From NCBI RefSeq assembly GCF_009914755.1, contig NC_060942.1: a stretch of 64,000 nucleotides of DNA; one strand, 5' to 3'. Origin of the DNA: the human T2T-CHM13v2.0 reference genome, Homo sapiens. The position numbers and the translations under genes were made by a program. Of the stretch, positions 26,931-42,870 are shown piece after piece (the stretch's first letter is position 1; the number at the start of each line of letters is the position of its first letter). The notes under the pieces were generated by a model that searched no databases, was not told the DNA's origin, and worked only from the letters and a program-made list of their open reading frames with translations.

Positions 26931-28399
26931 GAATTCTAAGTTAAAGAATTAGAAAACATAGAAAAAAATAAAGCTTATAATTAAATGTAACTGCTAATTC
27001 TTTGCAACATAAATACAATGAATAACCTGTTAGCTAATCTATTCAAGATATGTGGAAGAAAGGACAAATAACAATTTAAATATCATAAAAGTGAAACAAA
27101 CCACAAAAACCAAGTAAACTAAAAGAATCCAAAGAAACCACATTGCCCATGACTAAAAAACACGTTTGAAAAACAAAAGGAAATGAAATGTTTTCATAAA
27201 GAAATGTAGTTTACAAAAACTGACACCAGAAGAGATGAAAGATCTAAGCAGACCAATTACCATAAAGGAAATATAGCAAGTTGCAAAAGAACTTTACCTT
27301 CATCCAATTCCCTAATCCCCCAATATCTCACCCAAGAAAGCACCAGGTCTAGACAGTTTCAGAGGAAAATTTTTCCAAGGCTTTCAGAAATAGATTACTT
27401 CAATGCTATTTAAATGGTTTCAGAACTTAGAAGGAGCACTTCCAAATTATTTTCATAAATCTAGCATAAAATCAGTATCAAAAACTAACAAAAATAACAC
27501 ACAACCAAAAGCTACAGATAAATCTCAGATATGAGTATAAATGGAAATATTCTAAATAAAACATCAGTGAATAAAATCTAGCCACTTAACAGAGAAACAC
27601 AACATAAACTAAGTAGATGTATTCCAGGAATGTAAAGATGTTTCAACATCAGCAAGTTTATCAGTTTAATTAGCAGCATTCATAGATCAAAAGAGGAAAA
27701 TTGTATAACCATCTTCATAGGTACTGACAAGGTATTTAAGATTACTGTAAAAACAGCTGGAACTCTTATACACCTGGTGGTAGTAAAAATCTGCACAGCC
27801 ACTTTGGGAAACGGACAGTATCTACAAAACTGAACATATACATACCCTATTATCTCTTAGGGTTATGCCACAATAAATACATACATATGTTCAGTAAAAG
27901 ACTTGTACCAGAATGATCATAACAACTGAAAGCTGAAAACAACCAAACATCCATCAACAGTGGAAGGGAGAAAGAAGTTATGGTATATTTCTACAATACC
28001 CTACAAACACTATTAAAGTGAGCAAACTTTGGCTACATACAGCATGGATCCATCTCATTGACATGATGTTGAGCAAAAGAATATATACTGCATAATTCCA
28101 TCTATACAGAATGCAAAACAAGACAAAACTAATATATAGTTTTAGGAGTCAGGATAATGCTTACTTTTGGGGAGGCTATTACCTGGGAGGGGCTGTGTGG
28201 GGCTGTGTAGGAGCTTCTGGGATACTGATGATGCTCTCTTTTCTCACCTGGTTGTTGGGTTACACAGGTTCTCCACCTTATGAATCACAATACCAATGAC
28301 TTGTGCACTTTTCTACATGCATTTCTACACTTTAAGATAAAGTTTACTTTAAAAAAAAAAAACAAAGGTACTTTTGAACCCCTCGTGCTCCAGATAAGA

Positions 28400-29660
<1,261 letters not shown>

Positions 29661-32379
29661 CAAAACAGGGAGAAAGATGCATGTATTGAACAAAATACCG
29701 GTGGGTTTGAATAATGAACAGAATACCTGTAGCTCCATGTCTATAACCAGGACAGACTTAAATATATACAGGCATTAATAAATCTAGGAAGGAAGGACAA
29801 TTTCAAATGGTGGCTTTTTTCCTAGATTCAAGAATATGTTGTTTTTTAACTGACTGTATATTTAGTGAGAAATTTAGTAGTATGATATCATAGTGGTTCA
29901 AATTTTGAATCTCTTTTTGAGAGAAAAGGGGGTGGGAAAGAACCAGAAAACATGGCATTAAGTAACTCAAAGAGGAGAAGTGGTTTCTCTTATTCTTTCC
30001 AAGGATCCTGTGGTAAAAGTAAGAAGGAAATGAAGTATATGCCAAGAGGAGAGCCCAAGGTAGTAAGGGTAGATGGGTAGTTATAACTACCTGTTGTTTC
30101 TTTCCCTTTTGGATAGCAGGGGCATGATTTACATGTTCATGAATTTCTAATCTAGAAGGCATTCATGCAAAACAAAGACCATAAGCTTATGTTACAACAT
30201 AGTCTCTGCAAGGAAGGGACATGTCTGGTCAAGCTGTCAGAAATCACCAGAAGTCTCTCAGCGTGTGCCCCTTTGCTATTCTGGAAGCTGTGTCAGTTCT
30301 TTGAAGCAAACCATATTTTTTTGGGCAACACACCAAATGGTGATGTAAACCTCAAAGCCTGATAAGTTGCATCTCAGTTCTAGCTTTTTCTCAGAAAACT
30401 TTGCTTTGTCTGCTACAACTTTTAGAAGATACAGAGGGAGAGAATTCATTGACTGGGGCAATAGTCAACAACATTAGGATGTTAGAGAAAGTCCAAGTTG
30501 AGGAGAACTGGATGTCTGAAACTCTTTGATTATAATACTTTTCCTTAATATTTTTTATGACTCTGCATCCTCAATATCTAGGATTAGATCCTGCAGCACT
30601 GAAGTGCAAACAGTCCTTGACAAAACAGATTTTATGGAAAAATCTGTTGATGTTTTCAACTATGTCTGTACATTTAGATGTAGGTGTTTTTTAAGAGCCT
30701 ACTCTGCTTTTGGCACTGTTAAGGAGGTTATAAAAAGGAATAACGCAAGACCCCAATCACAAAGAACATATAATCTAGCAAAAGATATATGATCAAGCAG
30801 CATGACAAGATGGTATAAAATAAGAAAGCATGAATGGTCTAAACAGAAGTAGATTACCACAGTATGTACACTTGTGCATCATTTGAAGCAAAAAGTAAAG
30901 AGAACAGTCACCATTATCTGACTTTTGCCTTTGCCTTTGATGTTGGGACCAAGATATATTATAGCAGATATATTTCTATAGCTCTTCCAGAAAAATTCTT
31001 TTAATAATGGAAGATAGATATCTCGGAATACTGTAAATTAAGCAAATAAGCCCTTCATTGTGAAGAATACGAACATTAAAACTAACAAATCAGTAATTGT
31101 TTCTTTTTATATTATTAAATTTGCATAAAGCGCAAAAATAAAACAAACTAAAACTTTGAAGATTAAAGACAGAATGATGGCCAGAGCACCTCCTTCCTCC
31201 GTCCTAAAAGTGTAATAATTCAGATCACATTTAGCACTTTCACTTAGTGGATAAACTAGAAGGCAAAGCAAACACTCCTGGACCGTGCCTGTGAAGAAGT
31301 GAGCAAAAATGTGAAGTCTTGCTTGCATTATCTTGTAAATTTGGCAATGAATTTTCCATGAGGAAAAAACTGTAATTTCAATTCCTAAAAGACACGAATT
31401 AAGTTGGACAGTTTTGGAACCTGGATTTATATATCGATTTGGTTTATATAGTCTTAGCAACTATCCCCTATGCTGGGGTATCAAAGCTGTAGAAATTATC
31501 AGTTTCTCAGTTGCAATTCAACGTCAGTGTTGGGGGGTTAGGCAAGTGGGTAAATATAACAAGTTGTCTCCTCAGAAAATATTTATTCTGAAGTACTATT
31601 TGAAATGTTGCCAGAAAAGAATGTTTTAAATTTTAGAGTTTTACATTTTTGAGTTTTAAGTTTTGGAGTCCATGTTCTTTTGGTTAGTTATTTTTAAAGT
31701 AATCCGATGCAATAAAATAAATAGATGAAATAATCTTATAGAAAATATTCAATTATACTATTAATAAAGAAGGGTAATTATAAATGAAATAATATTTGTT
31801 GCTGAACAAATTAGCAAAGATTGTTTTTGATGAGGATAGCCCATGCCGTGAAAGTGTATGGTTTAATTGGTACTTCCATACATTCCTGGAGTAAGGGTTC
31901 ATTGGATCATTGTTTTCTAATGAAATGTAATAATATATATCACGAGCCTTTAAAGTTTCTAAGACATTTCACTCACTATTGCTAATCCTGGGAATCCATC
32001 TTATCTAAAACATAAAAAGCTTCTAGAAATTTTATGACCAAAGATCCATTAACAATAAAAATCCTTCCCTTTAATCCAAATGAACCAATTTACGTCATGT
32101 ACTTATCACTGGGCCAGAGGAAATGCCCAGTGCATAGGTAGACAAGGTAAGCCTGAAATTCTAAGTCAGCCATTGGAAAGAAAATGGGAACACCAAAACT
32201 GGCTTAGACTAATCCCTAATGACCTCCAGAGCTAGAGTCAATTTCTGAAACTACATCCCTGCTACACAAGGGGAGAGGAACTGGATGCATAAGAGGAACT
32301 GATCTCTATAGCCACCCCACCTGGTTCTCTAATTTTCCTCACCTCAATGTGGGGAATAACCTGCATCTGTCAGGTTACA

Positions 32380-32784
32380 TGATATGATTTGGATGTTTGG
32401 CTCCACCAAATATCATGTGCAAATTTAATCTCCAGTGTTGAGAGGTAGGGCCTAGTGGGAGGTGTTTGGTTCATGGGGGTAGATTGCTCAGAAATAGACT
32501 ACTGCCCTCCCTTCAAGGTGAGTGAGTTCTGACTCTATTAGTTCTGGAGAGAGCTGGTTGTTAAAAAGAGTCTGGCACCTCCCCCCTCTCTCTTGCTTCT
32601 CTCTCACCACGTGATCCCCTTCACCTTCCGCCATGAATGGACAGACTGAGGCCCTCCCCAGATGCAGATGTCAATACCATACTTTTTGCATAGCCTGCAA
32701 AACTGTGAGCTAAATAAACCTATGTTCTTTATAAATTGTCTAGCCTTAGGCATCCCTTATAGCAACACAAAACAGACTAAGACA
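32380..32784 (+). mobile_element. MaLR solo LTR (MSTB-like)
   Basis: 'tgatatgatttggatgtttg...cctagtgggaggtgtttggttcatggggg...aactgtgagctaaataaacct...aacagactaagaca'; 5-bp TSD ttaca/ttact. Confidence 0.9.
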
Positions 32785-32949
32785 TTACTTAAGACAAAAA
32801 AGTGGAATCATCCCTCAGTCCCCTTTTCCATAGTCCTCATATCCAGTGCAAAACTAAGCCCTATTATTAGGCAGAATCATGTGAAATTGTCAATATGTGA
32901 CCTCTTTAACCTACAAAAATGACAGTATCATAAAATTCAACCTGCAAAA

Positions 32950-33645
32950 TATTTCTCAAACCCATTCATTTCTCTTCCACCAGCACCCTAGTTGAAGCCA
33001 CTCCATTCTTCCCCTAGACAACTGCAGTGGCCTCCTGATCACCAGCCTCCTTTCCACTCTTACCTCCATTCTAGCCAGAGCAATGTTTCCTGAACATAAA
33101 TCGAGTATGACGCTGCATTTTAAAGCCCATCGTGGTTCCCTATTGCTCTTAGAATACATTGCAAACTTCTTTGCCTGGCCACGAAATCCCCACCTCATCA
33201 GATTCTTACCTTCAACTCCAGTCTCCTCCCACTTTGTGCTCCAGGCCTCAGGGACCTCCTGTTGCTCTTCCTCTTCCCTCATGCCCTGCTGACTGCCCAG
33301 AACACTCCTCTCCTCACCTGTCAACTGGCCAATGCTTCACATCCTGCATCTTTACACTTCAGTTACCTTCCCTGAACCAGCCTCTCCAGACTCCCCAGTC
33401 TATTTCATTTTCCCTAGTGAATCCCTCATAGTACCCTACTTGTTTCCTTTTTGGAAGCAATTTGTAAATACATATTTATTTTGTTGTTGTTGTTGTTTAT
33501 TTTTTAATCTCTCTCTTCCTACTAGTCTGGATACTTAAGGGCAGAAATTGTGTCTTTTCTTGTTTTCATCAATACTGGGTACACAGCAAACCTTCAATAA
33601 ATCTTTGTGGAATAGATTATTGTATAAATGAACAAATAAATGAAT
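32950..33645 (+). mobile_element. L2 3' portion
   Basis: 'ctagacaactgcagtggcctcctga...gccagagcaatgtttcctgaacataaatc' and the tail 'caataaatctttgtggaatag...aatgaacaaataaatgaat'. Confidence 0.75.
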
Positions 33646-34360
33646 TAATGTGCCAGGTTAAAATGTTGATGGAAAAAAATAGGCTATAAAACTGTGTGGA
33701 CATTATGATTACAACTATTTTGTAAGACCAAGCACTAAAGAAAGAGAGGCTTAGAAGGAAATAAAACAAAATGTTTCATTTGGGTGATGGGATTATGAGT
33801 AATCTGATTTTTTTCTCTTTGCTTTTCTGTATTTTCAAATTTTCTTTAATAAGTATAACTTCAAATATATATTTTAAATTTTTGAGAAAAATATTTACTT
33901 CCCCTATAATCTCCTCCTTTCAAAATTAAAATTAAAATTTGATCTCACAATATTTATTATAAAATGTTTTCCTCTATATTTTCCAGCATATGTAGTCAAT
34001 TTCTCTTTCTGGCATACAGGAGTTGAGGAGTGCATAAGGAGATTCTAAATGGAATTCTTGGATGGAAGAAGACAGTCACTAATTCCTGGTTCCAGAATGT
34101 GGAGAAAATTAACTAGATTACATAAATATCTACATGCCATTGTTTATTGTAGATGTGGATAATTATGCATTTTCCATGTAAGGTGGTATTACCTGACATT
34201 TTCAAGCAATTTCATCGCCAGATGGGCTTCTAAAACTTTACCACTGTGTCCTCAATGTAATCATCAGTAAAGATAACTCCCTATTTTCTGAATAAATTAC
34301 CTGTTTATCCTCATCGAATATTCCTCATTGAAACCTTTTTTCCACTCTGACTTTCCTTCA

Positions 34361-34860
<500 letters not shown>

Positions 34861-35019
34861 CAAATGTGTTTATACAGATGAAAAGGAAATAAAGTGCAAG
34901 ATTCTTTCTGTTTCAAATCCACCCACTTCTTGCTGCTTCTTGCCACATCCCCTCTGACACCACTCCAATCCAGGCTACTGTCATTTCCAACATGGTCCTT
35001 CCATTCATTTAAAAGAACA

Positions 35020-36544
35020 TTAGGAGATAGTTTATATAAAATAAAATGCACCCCCCTAGTTGCACATTTCAGTGAGTTTTGACACATTTATACCTCAGTG
35101 CAAGCACCATCAAAGAGATGTAGGACATTTCCAAAATCTCCCCCATGCCCTATCCCAGTAAATCCATTGTATGGAAAGACCACAACTTGTTTTATCTATT
35201 CCCTTCCTGATGGACACTAGAGTTGTTTCAAGTTTTTGGCTACTGTGAATAAATATTCTACCTGCATTCATGTATGAGTCTATGCAAACATGTGTTTTCA
35301 TTTTCCTTGGGTAAATACCTAGGAGTGGGATTGCTGAATTATATGCTACATGTATATTTAACTTCATAAGAAACTGACAAACTGTCTCAACAATGTTTTT
35401 CAAAAAATCAGAAGTTCTTAATTTTAAATAAGTTTATCACATTTTTCTTTTATGATTAATGCCTTTTATGTCCTTTTTTTGCCTACCCTAGGTTGTGAAA
35501 TTTTTATTTTCTATATTTTTTCTAGAAGTTCTACAGGTTTGACTTTTCCATAGAAATTTTTAGAATCAGGTTGGCAATTTTTACCAAAAAAAAAAAATCC
35601 TGGTAGAATTTAAATTAGAAATATGCTAAATAGATCACATTCAGAAAATGAACATTGTAAAAATATTGTTTTCCCATTCATGAACATGGTAAATCTCTTA
35701 ACTTATTTATATCTTCTTTAATTTCTCCCAGAAATGTTGTATGGTTTTCAGTGTAAAGGGTCTGTACTTACTTTGTTAAATTTATCCCTAAGTATTTCAT
35801 ATTTTGGGTGCTATTGTAAATAGTATTTTAAATTTTCAATTTACAATTGTTCATTCTATACAATGCAAATATAAAAGAATTGTCCATATATAAAAATTAA
35901 TTTCTGTATACCGACCTTGTATTCTGCAACCTTGTTAAACTCATGTATTAATTCCAATAGCTTTTTGTAGATTTCTTAATATTTTCTTCAGACATAATCA
36001 CTTTATTGCAAATAAAAACATACTATTTTCTTTCTTTCCAATCTGTATTCCTTTTATTTCTTTTTCTGGACTTTTTTCAGTGACTAAAATTTTGAGTATA
36101 ATGTTGAGTATAAATGGTGCGAGTGGGCATCCTTGCCTTGTTCACAGTCTTAGTTAGAAATCATTCAGTTTTTTCAGAATGAATCATGATGTTAACTGTA
36201 GGTTTTTTGTAGATAATGTATCAGGTTTTTATTCTGGTTTGCTGAGAAGTTTTAAATCAAATGGGCATAATATAATTTTATGTAAAGAATTCTATTTGCT
36301 AAAGTATTGTAAAGATTTTTACATTCATGTCTATGTGTTATATTGGTCTTTAGATTTCTCTTTTTTGTAATAACCATTGTCTGATTTTGGTAGAAGAGCA
36401 AACCTGATCCCAAAGATTGTTTGTAAAATGTTTTCTTCTCCTCTCTTTTTTGAATGAGTTTGTGGAAAATTGGTATTATGTCTTTCTTAAATTTGAATAG
36501 ACTACCACCAGTAAAGCCACCTGGGTTGAGGTTGTATGTTCATA

Positions 36545-36589
<45 letters not shown>

Positions 36590-37975
36590 ATGTGTTTGAA
36601 AGTTTTCACTTATTAACTCAATTTTCTTAATACATACAGGGCTCTTCAGATTTTCTATCTCTTCTTGAGTCAATTTTGATAAACAATGTCTTTCAAAGAA
36701 TTTTTTCACCTCATCTAGGTTTTAAAATTTATTAACATAATGTTACTCAAAATATTTTATTATTTTAAAAAATATCTATAAGATCTGTAGTGAAGTACCT
36801 CCTTCATCATTGTCAATCTAGCTAGCATGTTAATAATGTTATTGATTTTTCCAAATATCAGATTTTGGTTTTATTCTTTTTCTCAATTGTTTTTCTACTT
36901 TCAATTTTATTGCTTCCTATTTTTTTCTACTTACTTCAGGTTTCAATTGCTTCTTGTTTTTCTAGTTTCTTAAGATAAAAGCATATGCTTTGATATGATC
37001 TTCTTTTTAATAACTTCCATTTATTTCCTCATTATGTCTTATGTTTTCCTTTACACTCTGGAAAATATATAATAATTATTTTAATATCATTATGTGTTAA
37101 TTCCATTATTTGCTGCTGTATCTTTTTCTGTTTCTTGTTTCTATTTACTCACTTTTTCTTTGTTATGGGTCACATTGTCCTGCGTCTTTTAGGTCTAGTA
37201 ATTGTTTATTGATTGCTGGTCATTTTGATTTGTATGTTGTTTACTAGACTATGTATAGTTTTTAGGAGTGTTGGACTTTTTATGGCAGAAAGTTATTTAT
37301 AGATTGGTTTACTCTTTTGGGGCATATTTTTAAGTTCTTTTAGGGTAGGTGTAAAGTAGCCTGTAGTCTAGAGATAATTTAGCCCCATTTCTGAGACACA
37401 CTCTTCTGGGGTCTCTGTTAATTGCCAGGAGTATTTAGTGAGGTCTCTTCTCTGGCTGAGGGAATTAGGACAATTCCCAGCTCTGTTTGAGCTATGGGAA
37501 TTACTTGTATCACAACTCTCCACTAATAGTGCTTTCCTTAAGAATTATTTTTGGTTGGCTTCATGAATTTTCACCCTGTGCATGTGTGTATTGGTATTCA
37601 GCCAAAGACTCAAGGGAACGTTTATGCAGATTTCTGGAACTTTTTCTGCAAATAACTCCTCCTGGGTACCCTGCCCCAAAATTCTAAATGCCTCAATGTC
37701 CCAGAACTTTGATGTCCTTCTCCTCAACTAAGAAAGATTGTTGCATTGTATTTGAGTTCCTGTTTCCTACACCTAAAACTGGAAATTACCTCTGGACATA
37801 AAGCTTTAATGATGGTAGGGCTTACATCATCTGTTTCCCTTTTTTCAGAGATTACGCTCTTTTACTACATGTTGTGTAATAGCTGAAAATAGTTGTTTCT
37901 TATAATTTTCCAGTTTTTTCATTATTTGCAGTGGAAGGATAATTCCAGATCCTATTTATTTCCTATGGCTAGAAG
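35020..37975 (-). mobile_element. L1M (L1MB/MD-like) fragments
   Basis: ORFs 35110-35403 and 36476-36709 encode L1 ORF2-like remnants (AIPLLGIYPRKMKTHV; LSKLTQEEIENLKSP). Confidence 0.8.
36549..36590. repeat. (TG)n microsatellite
   Basis: Directly visible. Confidence 0.95.
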
Positions 37976-38004
37976 CGTAAGTCTCTTCCCTTTCTGTTCA
38001 TTTT

Positions 38005-38590
38005 TGACATCTGCCATCCATTCTCCCCGCTGTAGCCAGAGTGATTCTTTCAACACAAATCTGATCATCTCAGTACCATGCTGCAATGAGGGCTGCAGAC
38101 CCCACCTGGTCTTATCCCACCTACTCCCCCAGCATCAGTTTGCACCATTTCCCAATTTCTACTTCATGCGGCAGCACACTAAACTACTTTCAACGTTCTT
38201 CAAATATGCCGTGCTCTCTCTCATATCTGAACAATTGCACATATTCTTCTCTCTACTTAGAAGAGATGCCCTGCGCCCCACGTAGCCACTATTTCTGCCT
38301 AAAATCTACTTGTTCTTCATAACTAATTTATGTTTCTTCCTCAGAGAGGTCTCCCACAAAACCAAGAGTTGGTTTTACACCTGCCCAACACTCTCATAAT
38401 GCCTTGTATTTGCCCTGTGTGATAACCCTCATCATTTTATTATACTTATTGTTTAATATCTGTATTCTGTATTGGACTGTTAAATACAAGTGAAAGTTCA
38501 GCATCTCTCTCACTAAATCTGCCAAATCCCCAAGTGCCTCACATAGCAGCTTGCAGAATAGCTCTCAATAAATATTTGTGAATAAATTAA
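38005..38590 (+). mobile_element. L2 3' portion
   Basis: 'ccattctccccgctgtagccagagtgattctttcaacacaaatctgatcat' and 'gctctcaataaatatttgtgaataaatt'. Confidence 0.7.
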
Positions 38591-40299
38591 TAAAACATAA
38601 GGTAATTAACTAAAGAACTGATAGTGGGGGTAGGGGGAGTAGGGAGAGAAAAGGCAAAAAACCAAAACCGCCAACAAAACCTAATATGTTAAAAAAAAAA
38701 CAAAAACAAAACAGAAGGGATCTTAAGGACAGCAAGTTTCCATTTTGCTGACTCTATGAGTCAAATTTCCCAGATGTCACTTAGCTCCTCACCAGTTTGC
38801 CTGTCGACAGAGGCACTAAGGTAAGAATGGTGCATTTGATACCTTTCTCTCTGCAAACCAGGAAGACTCGGAGTAAATGCTTTTCTATAATGGAGTTTTT
38901 AGAAGTAATCAAGATGAACAAAGTCTCACAATAATTGAATGTAGTCCCCAATGGTTCTATTACTCTGTCTTGGATAATTCCACAGAAGAAGCAGGTCCAT
39001 TATGCCTTAACCTGTTCTTTGTCACCACTGTTGATTTAGTGTCATGGTAAACAAATGTCCACAGTCCTATTATGACATTCATCATCCTAATCAAGTCATC
39101 AGAACAAACAAAGTTAGATTGTAGCAATCAAAGATCTGGGAAACAATATCGAAAGATTGTATGTTTTATACAAGCGAAACATGCAGAGGTTGTAACATTT
39201 TAATTCAAAAGTTGTGGCTCTATTGTCTAAAATGTAGAAGTGGCCGGAATGTTTGTAGTCATTCAGTCTTTATCATTTATCACTTTTTCAAAAAATAAAA
39301 TGAAATCAAACTTTTTCCCTTAAAGGGGTATGCTTTAGTGTCATGTTTAGAAGACCCAACAAAAGGAGGCATTTCCAAACTAAAGCTGATTCCCTTATGA
39401 AACTTTTTGGTGGCAAGGAAGTCATTTATTCACTATTCAGTGACATCATAAAATATTAGATAGAACTAAAAGTGTCTGTACAGTATTTGGTCCAATCTCC
39501 TGTTTTAGAATCACAAAGTGGTTTTTCAACAGGATCCACTGTTTCCTTGAGTATCATTTCTCCCTCTGATGTTTGACCTCATTTGACCTCTGGTCCATTA
39601 ATGCTTCTCTTCTTTTCTCTTTCCATCAGCCCCTTTGCGTCTCACTTCCCCCATTTCCAGCCTTGCCTCCACAGCAGGTGGTGGGGGCACTGCTCTAGCT
39701 AACCATCAAGAGCTTACCCTGCTGACCTGCCCTGTCTGACATTCCATGAGGCACTGAACCAGCCTCATGTCCTCAAAGTCCTCTTGGACATTTCTCTGGC
39801 AAGCGTCTCCTCTTCAGCTAACATCTGCACTCTAATTCCATCAATGGATTCACAAGAGCAAATCACTAACCTGGAGAATTGATCCACTTCAGAGCCAAGC
39901 TCTCTAACCTCCCCAGGCTGCTGGTTGGTTCTTTAATTCATCTCATACTGATGTTCACCCTCACAGAATTGAACTCCACCCTCACAGAATCTTTAAATCA
40001 TTAAATCTTGTAAATACCTGGAATCCTGGAGACCAACAAATCCAAATCTTTTTTCTTATAAATAAAGAAATGGAAGAAAGCCCAAGATATTAGGTCACAC
40101 AGTTAATGATAAAGGTCTGACTATAACCCAGAAAAGGGAAACTACAACTCCTTATTCCACCCTAGTTCACCTGTGCCCTCACCCTTCAAGTTGTGGGTTA
40201 TCATTTCAACACCTATTTAACGAACAACAAATAAATCAGCCGGTAGAAACTCCCTTGATTTTCTGTCTCTACCCCAACATGACGGAATGAAAAATATAT

Positions 40300-40425
40300 A
40301 TAGGCTTTGGTTCCAGAAAGACCAAGTCTCAGCTCCACTATTTACCAAAAATGTGGCCTTGAGGAAGTGACTAAACCCATTTTGGCCTAAATGTCTTTCC
40401 CTGTAAAACAGCAACAGTAGACTGG
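40300..40425 (+). mobile_element. MIR
   Basis: 'ggctttgg...agtctcagctccactatttacc...tgtggccttgaggaagtgactaaacc...ctgtaaaa'. Confidence 0.6.
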
Positions 40426-40544
40426 TAATACATTCCAGAAAGGGCCATCAGCGCTCGCCAAGTCCCCACATTCGACCATCTTTTTTCAGTCCTCATCCAT
40501 CGTCATCTCTCTGCAGCTGTTACCCATTCTTCCTGCTTTAAAAC

Positions 40545-40718
40545 ACTAGTTCTCTGCCTTGACCACAAATTGTCATCACTTAGAGAACTTTAAAATCTGC
40601 TGATTCTTGGGCCCCTTCCTCAGAGATTCTGATATAATTGGTATGGAGTGTAGCCTGGGAATAGGAATGTCTGGATCCCTCAGATGATTCTAGTGGGAGA
40701 AAAGTTTGAGAAGCGCTG
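40545..40718. mobile_element. MER5A-like hAT-Charlie MITE
   Basis: 'ctgattcttgggcccc...cagagattctgatataattggtatgg...agtttgagaagcgctg'. Confidence 0.7.
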
Positions 40719-42069
40719 TGTTTTTTTTTTTTTTTTTTTTTTTGAGAGTTATGCTAATCTTGTTTGTTTGTTTGTTTGTTTGTAGGTGCAGGGGTACATG
40801 TGCAGTTTTGTTACATAGGTAAATTGTGTGTCACTGGGGTTTGGCATACAGTTTTGCCACCCAGGTGATAAGCATAGTACCCAATAGGTAGTTTTTCTAT
40901 CCCCTTCTTTCTCCCGCCCTCCACCCTCAAGTCAGCCCCAGTGTCTATTGTTCTCGTCTTTGTGTCTGTGTGTACTCATGTTCCCACTCATCAATGAGAA
41001 CATGCAGTGTTTGGTTTTCTGTTCCTACATTAGTTCACTTAAGATAATGATGGCCTCCAGCTCCATCCATGTTGCTGCAAAGGACATGTTCTCATTCTTT
41101 TTCTTTGGCTGCATAGTATTCCAGGGTGTATATGTGCCACATTTCATTTACCCAGTCTACCATTGATAGGCATTTAGAATGATTTCATGTCTTTACAATT
41201 ATGAATAGTGCTGCAATGAACATATTCATGCCTGTATCTTTATGGTAGAACAATTTATATTCCTTTGGGTATATACTCAATAATGGAATTGCTGGGTCAA
41301 GCGGTACTTCTATTTTAAGTTCTTTGAGGAATCACCACACGGCTTTCCACAACAGCTGAACTAATTTACATTCCCATCAACAGTGTATAAGCATTCCCTT
41401 TTCTCTGCAACCTCACCAGCATCTTTTATCTTTTGACTTTTTAGCAATAGCCATTCTGACTGCTGTGAGATGGTATCTCATTGTGGTTTTGGTTTGCATT
41501 TCTCTAGTGATTAGTGATGTTGAGTTTTTTTTTTACATACTTGTTGGCCACGTGTATGTCTTCTTTTGAAAAGTGTTTGTTCATGTCCTTTGCCCACTCT
41601 TTAATGGGATTGTTTATTTTTGCTTGTTAATTTGTTTCAGTTCCTTATAGACTCTGGATATTAAGCCTTTGCAAATATTTTCTCCCATTCTATAGGTTGT
41701 TTACTCTATCAATAGTTTCTTTTGTGATGCAGTAGCTCTTTAGTATAATTAGGTCCAATTTGTCCATTTTTGCTTTCATTGCAATTGCTTTTGGCATCTT
41801 TGTCATGAAATCTTTGCCAGGGCCTATGTCCAGAATGGTATTTCCTATCCTAGGTTATCTCCCAGGGCTTTTATAGTTTTAGGTTTTATATTTAAGTCTT
41901 TAATCCATCTTGAGTGGAATTTTGTATATAGTGTAAGGAAGGGGGTCAGCTTCAATCTTCTGCATAAGGCTAGCCAGCTCTCCCAGCACTATTTATTGAA
42001 CAGGGAGTCCTCTCCCCATTGATTGTTTTTTGTCACCTTTGTCAAAGATCAGATGGTTGTAGGTGTGTG
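40719..42069 (-). mobile_element. 5'-truncated older L1PA (PA13-16-like)
   Basis: Antisense L1 3'UTR and ORF2 end; TSD gagaag(c/t)gctg at 40708-40718 and 42070-42080. Confidence 0.9.
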
Positions 42070-42089
42070 GAGAAGTGCTGCTTTAAAAT

Positions 42090-42870
42090 CATTGCTTGTT
42101 GTATTCCTGAGACAGACTGCTGTTCTGTGTTTTCTCCTACCTCTCGGTCACTTCTTTGTATCTGTCACTGCTATTTTTCTAATACTCTGATGGTTTTATC
42201 CATAGCATCTACAAACATAGCTCATTTGCATCTGAACACTTGACATCTAACTCAAGTTCCCCATATCTGCCTCTCTTGACTTACATATTTGGGTTAAAAG
42301 TCCATTCATTTTCATAGTTGCCCTGGCTCAAAACTAGACATGTGGAAAAGTCTAGACACTTAAAGCTTGATTCCTCTTTCTGCTGTTGCTGCTCTGTCCA
42401 GCCAGGGCCAGGCTGTTCTTTTCTCTCTCCTTCATCGTCTTTCATGGCTACTGCAATATCCTCCAAAATGTCTCTGCCTACCACCCTTCTCCCCTGGTTC
42501 CGTTTCCACCCCTCGATTATTGAATGGGTTTCTTCTCCATAGCATCTATCAACATCCTAATGGAGTGGTGTTCTCAGGGGCCCACCATGGGAATGTTGCA
42601 ATAAATTTTGTTACAAAATAATATCCCTCCCCCGACATGCCAAGTCACCTTCTCCGGTGCATTTCTTTTCTTCCTAGCACTGGTCACCTTCTAATTTCAC
42701 ATTATATGTTTGTTAGTTATGTTTATTGTTAGATATCTGTCTCCCATCATTACAGCATAAGCTACATTAGGGAAGACATTTTTCTTTTTGTGTTTTTTGA
42801 TTTGTTCCAAGATCCTAGAAGAGTGCCTGGCACTCAATCATCCTTTGTCAAATAAATTAATAAATTTCAG
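42090..42870 (+). mobile_element. L2 fragments
   Basis: 'gttttctcctacctctc', 'tctgtctcccatcattacagcataagctac...cctagaagagtgcctggcac'. Confidence 0.55.

Larger units (their letters stand above)
21930..28350 (+). mobile_element. Long, highly diverged L1M (ORF1 region to 3'UTR) interrupted by four insertions
   Basis: A-rich strand; L1 motifs 'ccaagaactttatacccagacaaattatc', 'aaatataaatgggtaaaact', 'tatgcaccaaataac', 'aaagcaccaggtctagacagtttcagagg', 'attccaggaatgtaaagatgtttcaacat'; L1ME-like 3' end near 28340. Confidence 0.75.

Noticed and set aside
40744-40761. U6 snRNA fragment (agattagcat on the minus strand)
   Set aside because: Only a 10-nt match, and U6/L1 chimeras carry U6 at the 5' end, not in the tail.
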